Below are positions 12,861-24,473 of a stretch of 64,000 nt of DNA, piece after piece. Where the stretch lies: the NCBI RefSeq assembly GCF_006345805.1, contig NC_042999.1:25668001-25732000 (forward strand), written 5' to 3'. The translations under genes were made by a program, and so were the position numbers. A model generated the notes under the pieces. It did not search any database. It was not told the origin of the DNA and worked only from the letters and a program-made list of their open reading frames with translations. Origin of the DNA: Octopus sinensis. Lineage: Eukaryota. The number at the start of each line of letters is the position of its first letter. The stretch's first letter is position 1.

Positions 12861-13950
12861 ATATACATGCAAACATACATATACTTTTTCATCCAAAATC
12901 GAGACCATCAGTATTCCTGAATGTCATCGGCTTAAAAATTGTGAAGATATTAAAATATTTTTCACAACATGAAACTAATGGTAGTCTTAATACACAAGTA
13001 AAGAAATTCTCTCCTATGTATATACGTTGCTGTGGGAGGATTCCGGCCACCCACCTAGTGAGTAAAAGGTGGACTGACTCATTGTTATAAAACAAAAAAC
13101 CGTGTACGATTGGAGTCCATATTGGTAGCCGTTGACTATGAGGCTTTGATATAGAGTGTTGAGTCTTGTATAATAGTAATAGCAATGCGTCGTGTATATA
13201 CTTTCTTTCCCTGCCCCTGCTTCGTCATATTATATATCCAATACAAGGATATGAAAGTGTAGACGAGTTGTTCGAAGCTTGCGTTGGACGTTAAAAATGT
13301 TTTTGGTACGAAACGAAAGATGAATTCGTTTAACGTGGAGAACGTATTGGCCTCCGTGGTGCAATTGCAACAACAACTACAGCAACAATGTAACAGCAGA
13401 AATTACAGCAGCAGCAACAAAACCAACGGGTGTTCCTTATAGTATACAATGATATTAACTAATACACCAATGAGCGAATATAACAGTACATACATACGAA
13501 TATACACGTGTCCTTATCTATGCATTTTTGTGTAGGTGATTTAAATGTTTGCCATTGCTTATCGATGATATAATTGATTCAGTGTCAACATAAGGTCTCA
13601 GGACAACCAACTTTGCAATAAAATGCAATACAAATCATTGGTAATATTGATCTCATTCTCACTACATAAACTATCCAACATTAAATATATTAAATACTCA
13701 CGCTATAATTAGAGAACATTGGCTTATATTAACTTTTGTCATAAGCCTCTATTTTTAATACATAGACAAACACTCTATATTGACTTCACTGTCGTTTCAA
13801 AGATAAATCACATCTTCCAGCGGAATTGATTTGCATAGACAAACGCCGAAATATCATCGCAAATGGAAGCTGACGAATGAAACGCTTTGTCTTCTATCAT
13901 CATACTTCAAGAATCAATACTAAAATTTCTCTAATCTTATTAAACATACT

Positions 13951-14090
13951 GTAAGAAGTTTGCTTCTCAATCACATGGTTCCGTGTTCAATCCCCCTGTG
14001 TGGCATATTAGGCAAGTATCTTCTACCATAGCCTCAGGCTGACCAAAGCCTTGTGAAAGGATTTGGTAGACAGAAACTGAATGAAGCCAA

Positions 14091-14130
<40 letters not shown>

Positions 14131-14407
14131 TCCGACCTTTTTCTCGTATATATTCGCTACTTTCTTCCAAGGAATCTAATGCTCTTAGCTTAGTGTTTCT
14201 TTGGAGCTGGCCAGATTGAAGTAATCTCGTGTATAACCAGCCGAAATTGCAAAGATAATCTGGAACTAGACTGAGAAAAGAAAACTCCGAATGACTTGTC
14301 CTTGTTTCTTTGTATAGTCTGTCTGGATGTTTTGCTGACCCTTTTTTGTATCACCTAACTGTCCGATGTTTTGCGTTCATGTCCCATTTGTGTGTGTGTA
14401 TATATAT

Positions 14408-14455
<48 letters not shown>

Positions 14456-14690
14456 ATATACATATATGTATATATGTATGTGTGTGTATGTTCTTTGAGT
14501 TTCTGTTTTGTTTTACATTACCGCGTGACAACAGGTGTTAGTATGTTAACATCCCCGTGACTTAGCGGTTCGTCCAAAGAAACTGATAGAATAAAAGATA
14601 AAGCCCGGGGTCGACTCAATTTGCTAAAAGGTCTTGCAGGTTGAGCCCCAGCATGGTCGCAGTCTAATGACTGAAACAATAACAAAAATA
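13951..14690 (+). mobile_element. SINE family A copy with a ~260-bp unrelated insert (14130-14390) in its microsatellite
   Basis: 5' half 13951-14095 (ggcaagtatcttctaccatagcctcaggctgaccaaagcc); 3' half 14500-14690 ending cagcatggtcgcagtctaatgactgaaac. Confidence 0.75.
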
Positions 14691-14930
14691 TAGCCAGGCA
14701 CTAAATAACACATAACAGCAACAATATCAGCAACAACTTTTGAAGGTCTTGAGTCCCTCCCACTCAGTGATTTATCTACCTTGCACGCGAATACGATAGA
14801 CCTTTTCTTTTGATATGAGAGTGCAATATGTCCTGGCAGTAACAACATAACTGCTCAACAAACAGCATTTTGGTCTTATAGCATAGAACATACTTTATAA
14901 GCGTGCAATAAAGAAAACGAAGAACTACTT

Positions 14931-15100
14931 GTGGCCCAGTGGTTAGGGCAGCGGGCTCGCGGTCGTAAGAACGCGATTTCGATTCCCATACCGGGCATTG
15001 TGAGTGTTTATTGAGCAAAAACACGAGGCTCCGGCGGTTAGTGGTGGTGAACCCCGCTGTACTCTTTCACCACAACATTTTCTCACTCTTTCTTCCTACT
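14931..15100 (+). mobile_element. tRNA-derived SINE, family C
   Basis: A-box gtggcccagtggtta and B-box-like gatttcgattccc followed by a non-tRNA body; distinct from families A and B. Confidence 0.65.
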
Positions 15101-15621
15101 TCTGCCACAAAGCAGCGGAACCATGGTGTAACCCACTATGGTTTGGTAAACTTTCAGACCTTAGTCTATATTGCAAATCCTCTATAACTCAGGATGGTTC
15201 AGCCCTCCACTCGTTAAAAGCCACCGTTTACGGAATTAGAATAACAACACATTTCGAGCGCGTAGTGATTATAGACATGTTTCAGTTACTATTGAGATTT
15301 CCCTGTTTCGTTTAAATATTCTTGTATTAAGAAATTTCAGATAATTGCGAAGAAGATACTTGCTATATAATACTATCAGTGCAGATCCACATATAAAAAT
15401 AAATGACCAAATTTACCGATACACTGTTCTTCCGTTCTTGATATAATCACAGATGCATAGAGATATTAACGAAACTCAGAAACTTAATTATTACTGTGAC
15501 AAATGTTATTTCATATAAGTTTCATTTTCAACGCAAAGCTGAATCTAATATCAACTTTATTCAAATAATTATATTTCCCCCTTCCATATTTGATTTGTTC
15601 ACGATGCCATCATCAAAATTA

Positions 15622-15658
15622 TATACGGAATAAAGAAAAATCATAGTTTCATGCGTTC

Positions 15659-15694
<36 letters not shown>

Positions 15695-15731
15695 GAACGC
15701 ATGAAACTATGATTTTTCTTTATTCCGTATA
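15622..15731. repeat. Perfect 110-bp palindrome centred on (AT)n
   Basis: tatacggaataaagaaaaatcatagtttcatgcgttcatatg-(ta)n-catatgaacgcatgaaactatgatttttctttattccgtata; no mismatch or spacer. Confidence 0.95.
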
Positions 15732-15972
15732 ATGGACGCAGGTTGTGTGTCAAATAGCTAGCCTGAGGCGGTGGCCTCTTGGAGCTAATCAGCGACACCT
15801 TTAGTCTTATATTTAAAAGACTGCCATATAAGTATGGCGATAACTATTAATTTCCAGTAACGCTGCCGTAATCTCCTTTAGAGAGACTTAGTAATTTTGA
15901 TATTTCTATTATATATATATATATATATATTTATATATGTATAAATATATATATATATACTCTTGTACTCAA

Positions 15973-16200
15973 TTACTCTTTTTCAGTAATTTGACTGCGG
16001 CCATGTTGGAGCACCGCCTTTAGGTGAGCATATCGACTAATTCTTATTCTTTAGAAGCCGAGTACTTATTCTATCGGTCTCTTTTGCCGAACCGCTATGT
16101 TACGAGGAGGTAAACACACCACCATCGGTTGTCAAGCAATCTTTTGGGGCAAACACAGACACAAAAACATACACACACACACACACACACTCACACACAC
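15973..16200 (-). mobile_element. SINE family A, 3' half (partner of 17849-18080)
   Basis: ttgactgcggccatgttggagcaccgcc...ctatcggtctcttttgccgaaccgcta...catcggttgtcaagc. Confidence 0.85.
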
Positions 16201-16270
16201 ATATATATATATATATATATAAGCATTACCTTTAATTATATATTAGCAATACCTTTAATTCCTATTTATA

Positions 16271-16502
16271 CAGGGTATTGAAAAAGTCTCTCTGCAGTGA
16301 ATATTTTTCATCCTGCGCATCACCATAGCGCTACTTCAGGAGTTTTTCGGTGATCGGATTATATCAAAGGGATTTTGGCCATCAAGATCGCCTCATTTGA
16401 CATTGCCAGATTTTTGTTCTGGTAAACAAGTAAATGATCAGTGTACAAGAGTCACCCGAAAGCATTAAATATTTACTGCGGAGAGACCCTTTGAACAGCC
16501 TG
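16271..16502 (+). mobile_element. 232-bp internally deleted Tc1/mariner-superfamily element (MITE-like; rosa/maT-type catalytic remnant)
   Basis: TIRs cagggtattgaaaaagtctctctgcagtgaatattt / aaatatttactgcggagagaccctttgaacagcctg, flanked by TA; internal LLQEFFGDRIISKGFWPSRSPHLTLPDF resembles WPPRSPDLTPxDF. Confidence 0.8.
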
Positions 16503-16574
16503 TATATAAATATAGCCTCAAATAGACCTACATATGTTTCGACTGCCTTGGTTAGTAACCGTTGCTACGGCAAA

Positions 16575-16968
16575 TTTACTATAATTCCGGAGCAGTTTCC
16601 TCTAGGTTTTCACTGTAATATCCTTTGAGTTTTAACTGGCTATACTTTTATGTTAATTTTCTTTGTGTTAAATGAAGTTGTACGATATTTTAAACGCGAA
16701 CTATGTTCGATTTCAAGTAATTATTGGATAATCACTCGTCTATTCCTTATACAGAGTTATTTCAAAACATTTCGTTGTTTAAATATTTTTGATACTTTTA
16801 TATTGAGCAAAGTTAAACTTTCTCATCTTAAAGCTTGTTTTGTTAAGAATTTATATTATCCTCTGATGTAAAAGTTTCGTAAAAATTCTTCTATACATAT
16901 GTTACATTTATTAGTTCCTGGTCTGTTAGCTTTTGCAGTACTAATTAATTCCCAGTTGATAGTATATA
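16575..16968 (-). mobile_element. Penelope-like element 3' fragment (inverted copy of ~17480-17842)
   Basis: Reverse-complement alignment over ~380 bp, e.g. gttcctggtctgttagcttttgcagtactaattaattcccagtt vs aactgggaattaattagtactgcaaaaccttacagaccaggaac. Confidence 0.75.
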
Positions 16969-17129
16969 GAAAACATTATTTTTGTAATTTTTCAAAATAG
17001 GACATCTGTTATGTTAATAATAAATATAAAACTAAAAATGTATTATATATAGACGAAAAGTTACATCCGTGGTAAATGAATACTTTTACGTCCGTGCCGC
17101 TGCACTAATTTTCTAAAACAGACTTATTT

Positions 17130-17842
17130 AATCCCTTAAATTCATTTAGAGATAGAACGGAAATTGCAATGAAGTCTAAGTAGTTTAATCTGGTCTATTA
17201 AAGACAGAAACAAAAATTATACTATCAACTTATTTCTGTATTGCCCATAAGAGGCTAAGCATAGAAGGGACAAACAAGGACAGACAAAGGGGTTAGGTCG
17301 ATTACATCGACCCCAGTGCGTAACTGGTACTTAATTCATCGACCCCGAAAGGATGAAAGGCAAAGTCGACCTCGGCGGAATTTGAACTCACAACGTAACG
17401 GCAGACGAAATACCGCTAGGCATTTCGCCCGGCGTGCTAACGATTCTGCCAGCTCGCCACCTTAATTATACTATCAAATTATACTATTAACTGGGAATTA
17501 ATTAGTACTGCAAAACCTTACAGACCAGGAACTTATAAATGTGATCTATGTATTGAAGAATTTTACCAAAGTGTTACATCAGAGGATAATATAATAAATT
17601 ATAGACAAGACCAAGCTTTAAGATGCTTGCACATGAGAAATTTTACCATTGCACAATATGAGTTTAAAGTCTTTAAACAACGAAATGTTTTGAAATGACC
17701 GACTATAAGGAATAAACCAATGATTATCCAATCAATACTTGGAACTGAAAATTGTTCGCGTCTAAAGAAAATCAGCATTAAACTTTAACCAGTTAAATTT
17801 CAAAAGCTATTATAATGAAGACCGTGAAGAAACTGCTCTGAT
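17130..17842 (+). mobile_element. Penelope-like element GIY-YIG C-terminus plus 3' region, interrupted by a SINE
   Basis: SLSSLIWSIKDRNKNYTIN|WELISTAKPYRPGTYKCDLCIEE...INYRQDQALRCLHMRNF fits the LSxxIWxLK..W.I..A.PY..CxLCxxE..N.R..CxH pattern of PLE endonuclease C-termini. Confidence 0.72.
17229..17463 (-). mobile_element. SINE family B monomer (tRNA-like head, Meta/MESC-like core) with 14-bp TSD
   Basis: Core gcctttcatcctttcggggtcgat; TSD aattatactatcaa at 17215-17228 and 17464-17477. Confidence 0.9.
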
Positions 17843-17848
17843 ATTGCA

Positions 17849-18080
17849 TCACCATCGGTTGTCAAGCAAACACACAAACATACACACACACACACACATA
17901 TATATATATACATATATCCGTCGGGTTTCTTTCAGTTTACGTCTACCAAATCCACTCAAAAGGCTTTGGTCGGCCCGAGACTATAGTAGAAAACACTTCC
18001 CAAGGTGCCACGCAGTGGGACTGAACCCAGAACCATGTGGTTTGTAAACAAGCTACTTACCACACAGCCACTCCTGCGCC
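17849..18080 (-). mobile_element. SINE family A, 5' half
   Basis: Head ggcgcaggagtggctgtgtggtaagtagcttg..ctgggttcagtcccactgcgtggcaccttggg on the minus strand. Confidence 0.88.
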
Positions 18081-19541
18081 TATATATAGGGTAAAAATTA
18101 AATATTAATTATTTACCAGTGGCCAGCGCAAGTAAAAATATGCATAGGTTGCAAATATTATTATATCATATGCGTGTATAAGAGTTATACGCTGAGGGAA
18201 AGCCACTTAGAGGTTTTCCATCCCGCTAGAAGTATTTGTTAAATCGCAAACCACAAAATAACTATTCTTATTTTGGAACGTTGAATGTAGGCTTACCCGC
18301 ACACACACACACGAATGCACACACACACACACAAACACACATATAAATGCACGTATCTTTTAAATTTGTTTATGGGAAGCGTTTTGAATATGCAAATAAA
18401 TCTCTTATTCCATTATGTCGGTCACCGTCTGATGATTGCTCACTACTGCGTGAGTGTATTATACTCTCCTTGAATTTATATAGAATTGTAGACTTGGAAG
18501 ATATGTAAATTTCTAAATGAAGTTTTTGGTGCGGAGGCGTTTATATAGAGCATTATATAGAGCATTAAATGAGTCGAAGGGTGACTGTATATGCAGTAAT
18601 TTTGCAGGTGCCCTGAGTAGCATGGACAAGATGGCTAGATTAAAATAGCCAGCCGCATATACTAATATTTAACTTATGAGACTATATTTCTTTGTGGTCT
18701 GCTATAGCTTTTATAATTCCAAGGATGATAAAGTATATGGAGCAATCAAAGGCTGAAACAATTAATAAATCCATCTCTAAGCGTCAACTGTTGATATTGT
18801 GGCTAATAGAAATCAATAGAAACAGGGAAGAATTTTTATGAAATATTCAAAACAACATGAACCTCTGTTCTGTAATTTACATTTACTTCAAACACCTTAC
18901 AGACACTCACTCTATTTATCTCCTCCTCCTTCCTCTCGGCTACCTCTGTCTCACATCGTCGTCACTCATTCTGTCTTTCACTCTACCGCTAATATTATCA
19001 TTTACTTCACATACATATTTTACGTGATAAATAGACGAAAGATATTTTTAACATCTTACTTCGAGAACCATAAGGTGTTTCAACTGCAGTCTAATTTACG
19101 ACATATCATGCGACAAATATCAGTCCCGTCTGTTTCTATTCCATTACGTCCACTATCAACCCATTTTCCTGTTTTAGATTCTCGATTTCAATGAATCATT
19201 CACAGGTTGTCAATAGCGCAACAAGTGCAAAAATGCCGCAGCTGTTAGATTTAAATATGATGTACAAATGTATGAATATATATATATATATGTACACATA
19301 TTTGGAAACACACAGGCGCGCGCATGCGCACGCAAACATATGTACATTTGCATACATATATTTATTCACAGAAATATCAGGATTACCAAACGAAACCATG
19401 TCAATTTTCGGGTGATTTGGATATTTGTATTTATAAGTTATGTCGTATCAAGAACCATGGTATTCGAACCCATATATATATATTACGTAGATGTACCTGC
19501 ATAGCAAGTGATTTGATCTGAGATCGTGTGCTGAAACGAAA

Positions 19542-19666
19542 ACAATTGCAGCGTGGAAGGTGTTTGTAAGCCATTTAAGAAACACACAAAAGCTGTTCGA
19601 TTCACTTCAACATTTAAGTTTAATTTAATTAAACTTAAATGGCTTACAAACACATTCCACGCTGCA

Positions 19667-19671
<5 letters not shown>
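19542..19671. repeat. 38-bp inverted repeat (1 mismatch) with a 54-bp spacer
   Basis: acaattgcagcgtggaaggtgtttgtaagccatttaag (19542-19579) / cttaaatggcttacaaacacattccacgctgcaattgt (19634-19671). Confidence 0.9.
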
Positions 19672-19703
<32 letters not shown>

Positions 19704-20591
19704 TTAAATTTTATAGCGACCAACATGCAATGACTAAGGAAAATAGTCTAATAATGGGGCATATGTATTAACCCTCTACAGAAAAAGGTAGGCTTTCCCA
19801 TCAACGTGAGACTCCAACACACATCCTTTCTTAACACGTCTAAGTGTGTTACTATTACACTAATGAATATATAAGTACGATCGAGGGTTCCGAGTTTGTA
19901 AACTTCGAGCATTAGGCAGCTAGTAATAGGGAGCAAAAAGGAGCAATATATAATGAGATACTATAACAATTTATTAGCCTCGTGAGATTTTATATAGCTC
20001 ACTCTTAGAAATTAACGCTCCTAAAAATGCAAATAAAATACCAATTAAGGAAGTGGAACAAATAAAATGTAAATTACGTATGTTTCTTAAGTAGCTGTAG
20101 CCCATTACGCAAATTTTGCGCATCGAACTCTTTTTCTTCTACATACAATGAACTTGTTTTCTTTTATTGTGGGCCCAAAACAATAAAATTCACAGATTAT
20201 ATTACAGATGTGCATGTATCTTCAAGTTTGCGTATTTGTGTATGCCTTTATGTGACCTTATGTGTATGTCAGTATCTGTATGTTCAAAAATATCGCCGGA
20301 AAATTTTAAAACCAGGCGAGAGTATAAAGTGATTATTAGTGTAAATGAACTGAATAATAATTCAGACCATAAGTGCATCAATACATAGAATGCAACCTTA
20401 CATATTTTGCTGCGAATATTTGCTGCAATGTAATAGTTTAATCGGAATTGTGCGTCACTATTTCCCATTCTATGCCAAAGTACACAAATGTAATAAAATG
20501 AAAGCATTTCGTATACTTCGTTTACATCGCCGTTTTTTTGTTGTTGTTGTAGATAAAGCTTTCGTTTGGACGTTGAACATTATAACTCGGA

Positions 20592-20779
20592 GGCGCAGGA
20601 GTGGCTGTGTGGTAAATAGCTTGCTAACCAACCACATGGTTCCGGGTTCAGTCCCACTGCGTGGCATCTTGGGCAAGTGTCTTCTGGTATAGCCTCGGGC
20701 CGACCAATGCCTTGTGACTGAATTTGGTTGACGGAAACTGAAAGAACCCTGTCGCATATATGTATATATATAATATATA

Positions 20780-20876
<97 letters not shown>

Positions 20877-20883
20877 TATATAT

Positions 20884-20914
<31 letters not shown>

Positions 20915-21160
20915 GTGTGTGTGTATGTATGTATGTGTGTGTATGTCTGTGTGTCTGTGTTTGTCCCCCTAGCATTGCTTGACAACTGATGCTGGTGTGT
21001 TTACGTCTCCGTCACTTAGCGGTTCGGCAAAAGAGACCGATACAATAAGTACTGGGCTTACAAAAAATAAGTCCTGGGGTCGATTTGCTCGACTAAAGGC
21101 GGTGCTCCAGCATGGCTGCAGTCAGATGACTGAAACAAGTAAAAGAGTAAAGAGAACAGA
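20592..21160 (+). mobile_element. Full-length SINE family A
   Basis: A-box tggctgtgtgg, B-box ggttcagtccc, CORE-like cttgggcaagtg, central (TA)n/(TG)n, tail cagcatggctgcagtcagatgactgaaacaagtaaaagag. Confidence 0.92.
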
Positions 21161-22614
21161 GAGTTATGTCAAGGAAGATAAATATATCTGACGTCATAAT
21201 ATAAGATATTGTACGTTATATTATAAGATAAAAATATTAGTTCAAAGGAATGCTATTATCTGATTCAGCATCGTAAATACAGAATTTAATATTATAGATA
21301 CCAGGTGTGCTTTGAAACTTTCTTTTAGTATTGCATCTTAAGATCAGTACGTAAATGATCTTGAATTAATTTGATAATTTGCTAATGAAATTATTTTTGA
21401 CGTCACTTGTAGAAAATGGTAGATCCATTATTTGAATACTAGATGGAATTAATTTCCATTTTTTAATATTTTACGATATGATAATTTTGCATAAAGTTTA
21501 CTGTAATACAGCATTGCTTATATACTATTAAAATTATTCTCCTCGTTGCTTTATATCTTTTCTCAAGAACAGTATAGTGTTGAAGCAATTCATTATCTAC
21601 ATTCCAGAAAGAAATGCAATTTAGGAAGCTGGTGGTTTTCTTGTTAGCCATTTTTGTGTTAAGCTCAAGACATTAAGGAGGATGAAATTTTGGCCCTCGA
21701 TATGACTGATTTGGTTTCATAGTATCAACAGAGAGGTCATAAAACTATTCGGACAATTACACGCTACGTTATCTTTTCTCAGTATAATTTCCGTATAAAT
21801 CTAAACATTGAGAGACTTGATTTTAAGTATATTTACTATGTGTGGTCAGAAAGTCAATTAACAAGAACAAACTTTACCGATGAAACCAATTTTCCCAGAT
21901 ATTTACAGTATGTCTAAGAGTGTTAGGCTGTGCTAGAAATATATAAAACAATGTGTTTCTACATTGAGACACGTCATGGTTGTGGTCCATCAGACATTAC
22001 TTTATACGATTTTGACGGATTTGTGAAATTGTTAAATTTAGCGAATTTAATTTTCAACCAAAATTCATATATATATGACAATATACATAGCATTTTTTCA
22101 GATGACAACTTCATCGATTTGAACCATACCTACGGCTTGTCTGCAACTTTAGGAATTGAGTTCGAAGAGTAATTCTTGCTGAAAGTTCAATGAAACATTC
22201 ATTTGACAAGAATATTTTTCAAAATGACAATCGAAATCTGCAGGGAAATTTTAGAAAATAGGAATAATGGGGATAATGAAGGATGATAGACTGAATTGGA
22301 TACGTTTTTTACTCTTAGTTTCCCAGATCGTAGAACGTTAAACAGAGCAAGTCAACGCACATCTTTATGTTACTGTATAAAAGTTAGGGAGATTATACAA
22401 AATGCCATTATTTGTCAAAAATAGTTTTTCGCACGTGCATTTGATAGTCTGATATTATCCTTCTTGATTTTTAAAAGTTTTTCCTCCATTTTTATTATCT
22501 GTATTAATATTTCATTCACAAGTTTTTATGATTATTACCTCTTTCCGCTATTCCGATATTTGAACCGATGTTGAGCTGTGAACCAAAAAAAGTGTGTAAT
22601 ATTTTATTTTAAAT

Positions 22615-22782
22615 GTTGGTACAAGCCCATCGATTTCGGGGCGGCGTTAGTCAATTACATCAAACCCAGTAAACAACTGGTACTTATTTTATCGTCCCCG
22701 AAAGGATGAAAGGCAAAGTTGGCCGCGGTGAAATGCCGCAAAACATTTTGCCCGGCGTGCTACCGTTTCTGCCAGCTCGCCG
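22615..22782 (-). mobile_element. SINE family B, internally deleted
   Basis: ccccgaaaggatgaaaggcaaag...cccggcgtgctaccgtttctgccagctcgccg. Confidence 0.8.
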
Positions 22783-23640
22783 TTCAGCTTCTGCGTATAA
22801 ATATTAAAACATGGAATATTACAAAACGAAAATCATAGTTTTCTGCCTCTTTATAATGGATAGGCACAAACATTTCACTGGCTTGTGTATGTAAAAATTT
22901 TCTAATTTTTCTTTATACTCGGATAAAAATTAGTAATCCAAATATTCTCTGATAATAGTGATAATAATAATGTTAACAAGCATCCTACATTTGATTTTAT
23001 TATTGTAATTAAATGCAGACATGAAAAAAAGACACCGCTCTGTTTCCAGCATTTCTGTTCCTTTGTATCTGTCTGCCTGTTACGATGTCTTCAACTATCT
23101 AATTCTATGTTTTCTGTCTGCCTGTCTAGCTGCATGTCTCTCTCTTTCCCACGTCTCTCACACAACACACAAACCGACGCATTAAATGCTTCAGTCTGTG
23201 TTTGTGTGTGCTATTTGTGTGTGTAAATGTGCGGGTGAACGTAGGTGCAAGTATGTGTGCATGCGTGTGTGTAGAATAAAAGATTATTACGATAGGAAAA
23301 AAAAAACAAGAGGAAAATGTCAGATCTTTCTGAAATTTCACAGCAGAATGAACATTCAATTCACAGAGATTCCAAAGTGAGGTATTCACAATTGAAGTTA
23401 TATTACCGGAAGATTTCATATTTGCTAGAAGCCGAAAATTGATTTCTTAAATTCGATAGCATAAAGTATATGGTGTCAGCCAAGTGTAGAATTCTTCAGG
23501 TTGGTATATAGTTAACTCTTTACATGCAAAAGAATATACGAAGCTGAGACATTAACACGCATGCAGACATGTTATTTTCGAGGAAATACATAAACCACGT
23601 AAGACTTATATATATATATATAGGCAGGTGTGCGTGTATG

Positions 23641-23677
<37 letters not shown>

Positions 23678-24070
23678 GTGTGTGTGTATGTGTGTGTGTG
23701 TGTGCGTGTGTGTGTGTGTGTGCGTGTATGTGTGTGTGTGTGTGTGCGTGTGTGTGTGTGTGCGTATATATGTGTGTGTGCGTGTGTTAAATGTAAGCAA
23801 AGTTAGCGGTTATAATAACCGACTGAGGGATAAAATATCCGTATATACTATCGGTATCCGTTACCCATGTTATCCCGGGACATGGCTATGCTGGCAAAGT
23901 ATTCTCGTAGAGAACAGATAACAACTGAATAAACAAAAGTTTATCAGGAAACAAATATAAATAATCAGAAAATAAACAAAACCTCTGATCAACAAACACA
24001 TCAATTGGACCACATTTATAGCTTATTACTTAATACAAAACATGACATAACATTTATGCGACATAACAAA

Positions 24071-24185
24071 TCTTACTGCCGTTTCCGCATCCGGTAACGA
24101 TCAGATTTTACAAATAATTGCGAAAATAAAATTCTTCATTTCATAGGACATTTGAATCGGAGCGCGGTGCTTCATCAGAGTAAGA
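24071..24185 (-). ncRNA. Degenerate type-I hammerhead-like motif with long helix II
   Basis: Minus strand: tcttact-CTGATGA-a-gca...tgc-g-GAAAC-GGC-agtaaga. Perfect 7-bp helix I, but the cleavage triplet is GGC rather than GUH. Confidence 0.55.
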
Positions 24186-24375
24186 CAAAAGGAAGAAGGA
24201 ATCGGAAATAAAACATGGTCTAGAAACGAAGTCTGCAAGCACAAAATATTAAAAGCACATAATCTACCATGCTAGGGCTACGAAAGTCCATAGGTAAGAG
24301 AGTGAAGTTTTCATATCTTTTAAAACATCGTGGTTCCCCCTAATATTGAAATTATCCAAAAATATTTTTTTTTTT

Positions 24376-24473
24376 TGGTAGGCCCGAGGCTATAGTAAAA
24401 GACACTTGCCCGGACTGAACCCGGAACCATATGGTTGGGAAGCAAGTTCTTGCCACACAGCCACTCCTGTGCC
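24376..24473 (-). mobile_element. SINE family A head fragment
   Basis: ggcccgaggctatagtaaaagacacttgcc..ggactgaacccggaacc..cacagccactcctgtgcc. Confidence 0.8.

Noticed and set aside
13300-13430. TGG followed by MNSFNVENVLASVVQLQQQLQQQ, suggestive of a Gypsy PBS and gag start
   Set aside because: No paired LTR or further gag/pol sequence; the Q-run is explained by a CAA/CAG repeat.
13870-13890. CTGACGA-at-GAAAC
   Set aside because: Only 2 nt between the core strands, so helix II cannot form.
14130-14390. GCTGG...CCAGC-C-GAAA stem in the SINE insert
   Set aside because: No CUGANGA-like strand upstream; left as an unclassified insert.
14931-15000. tRNA-like sequences here and at the SINE-A/B heads
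   Set aside because: A/B boxes are present but there is no complete cloverleaf, and each continues into a SINE body.
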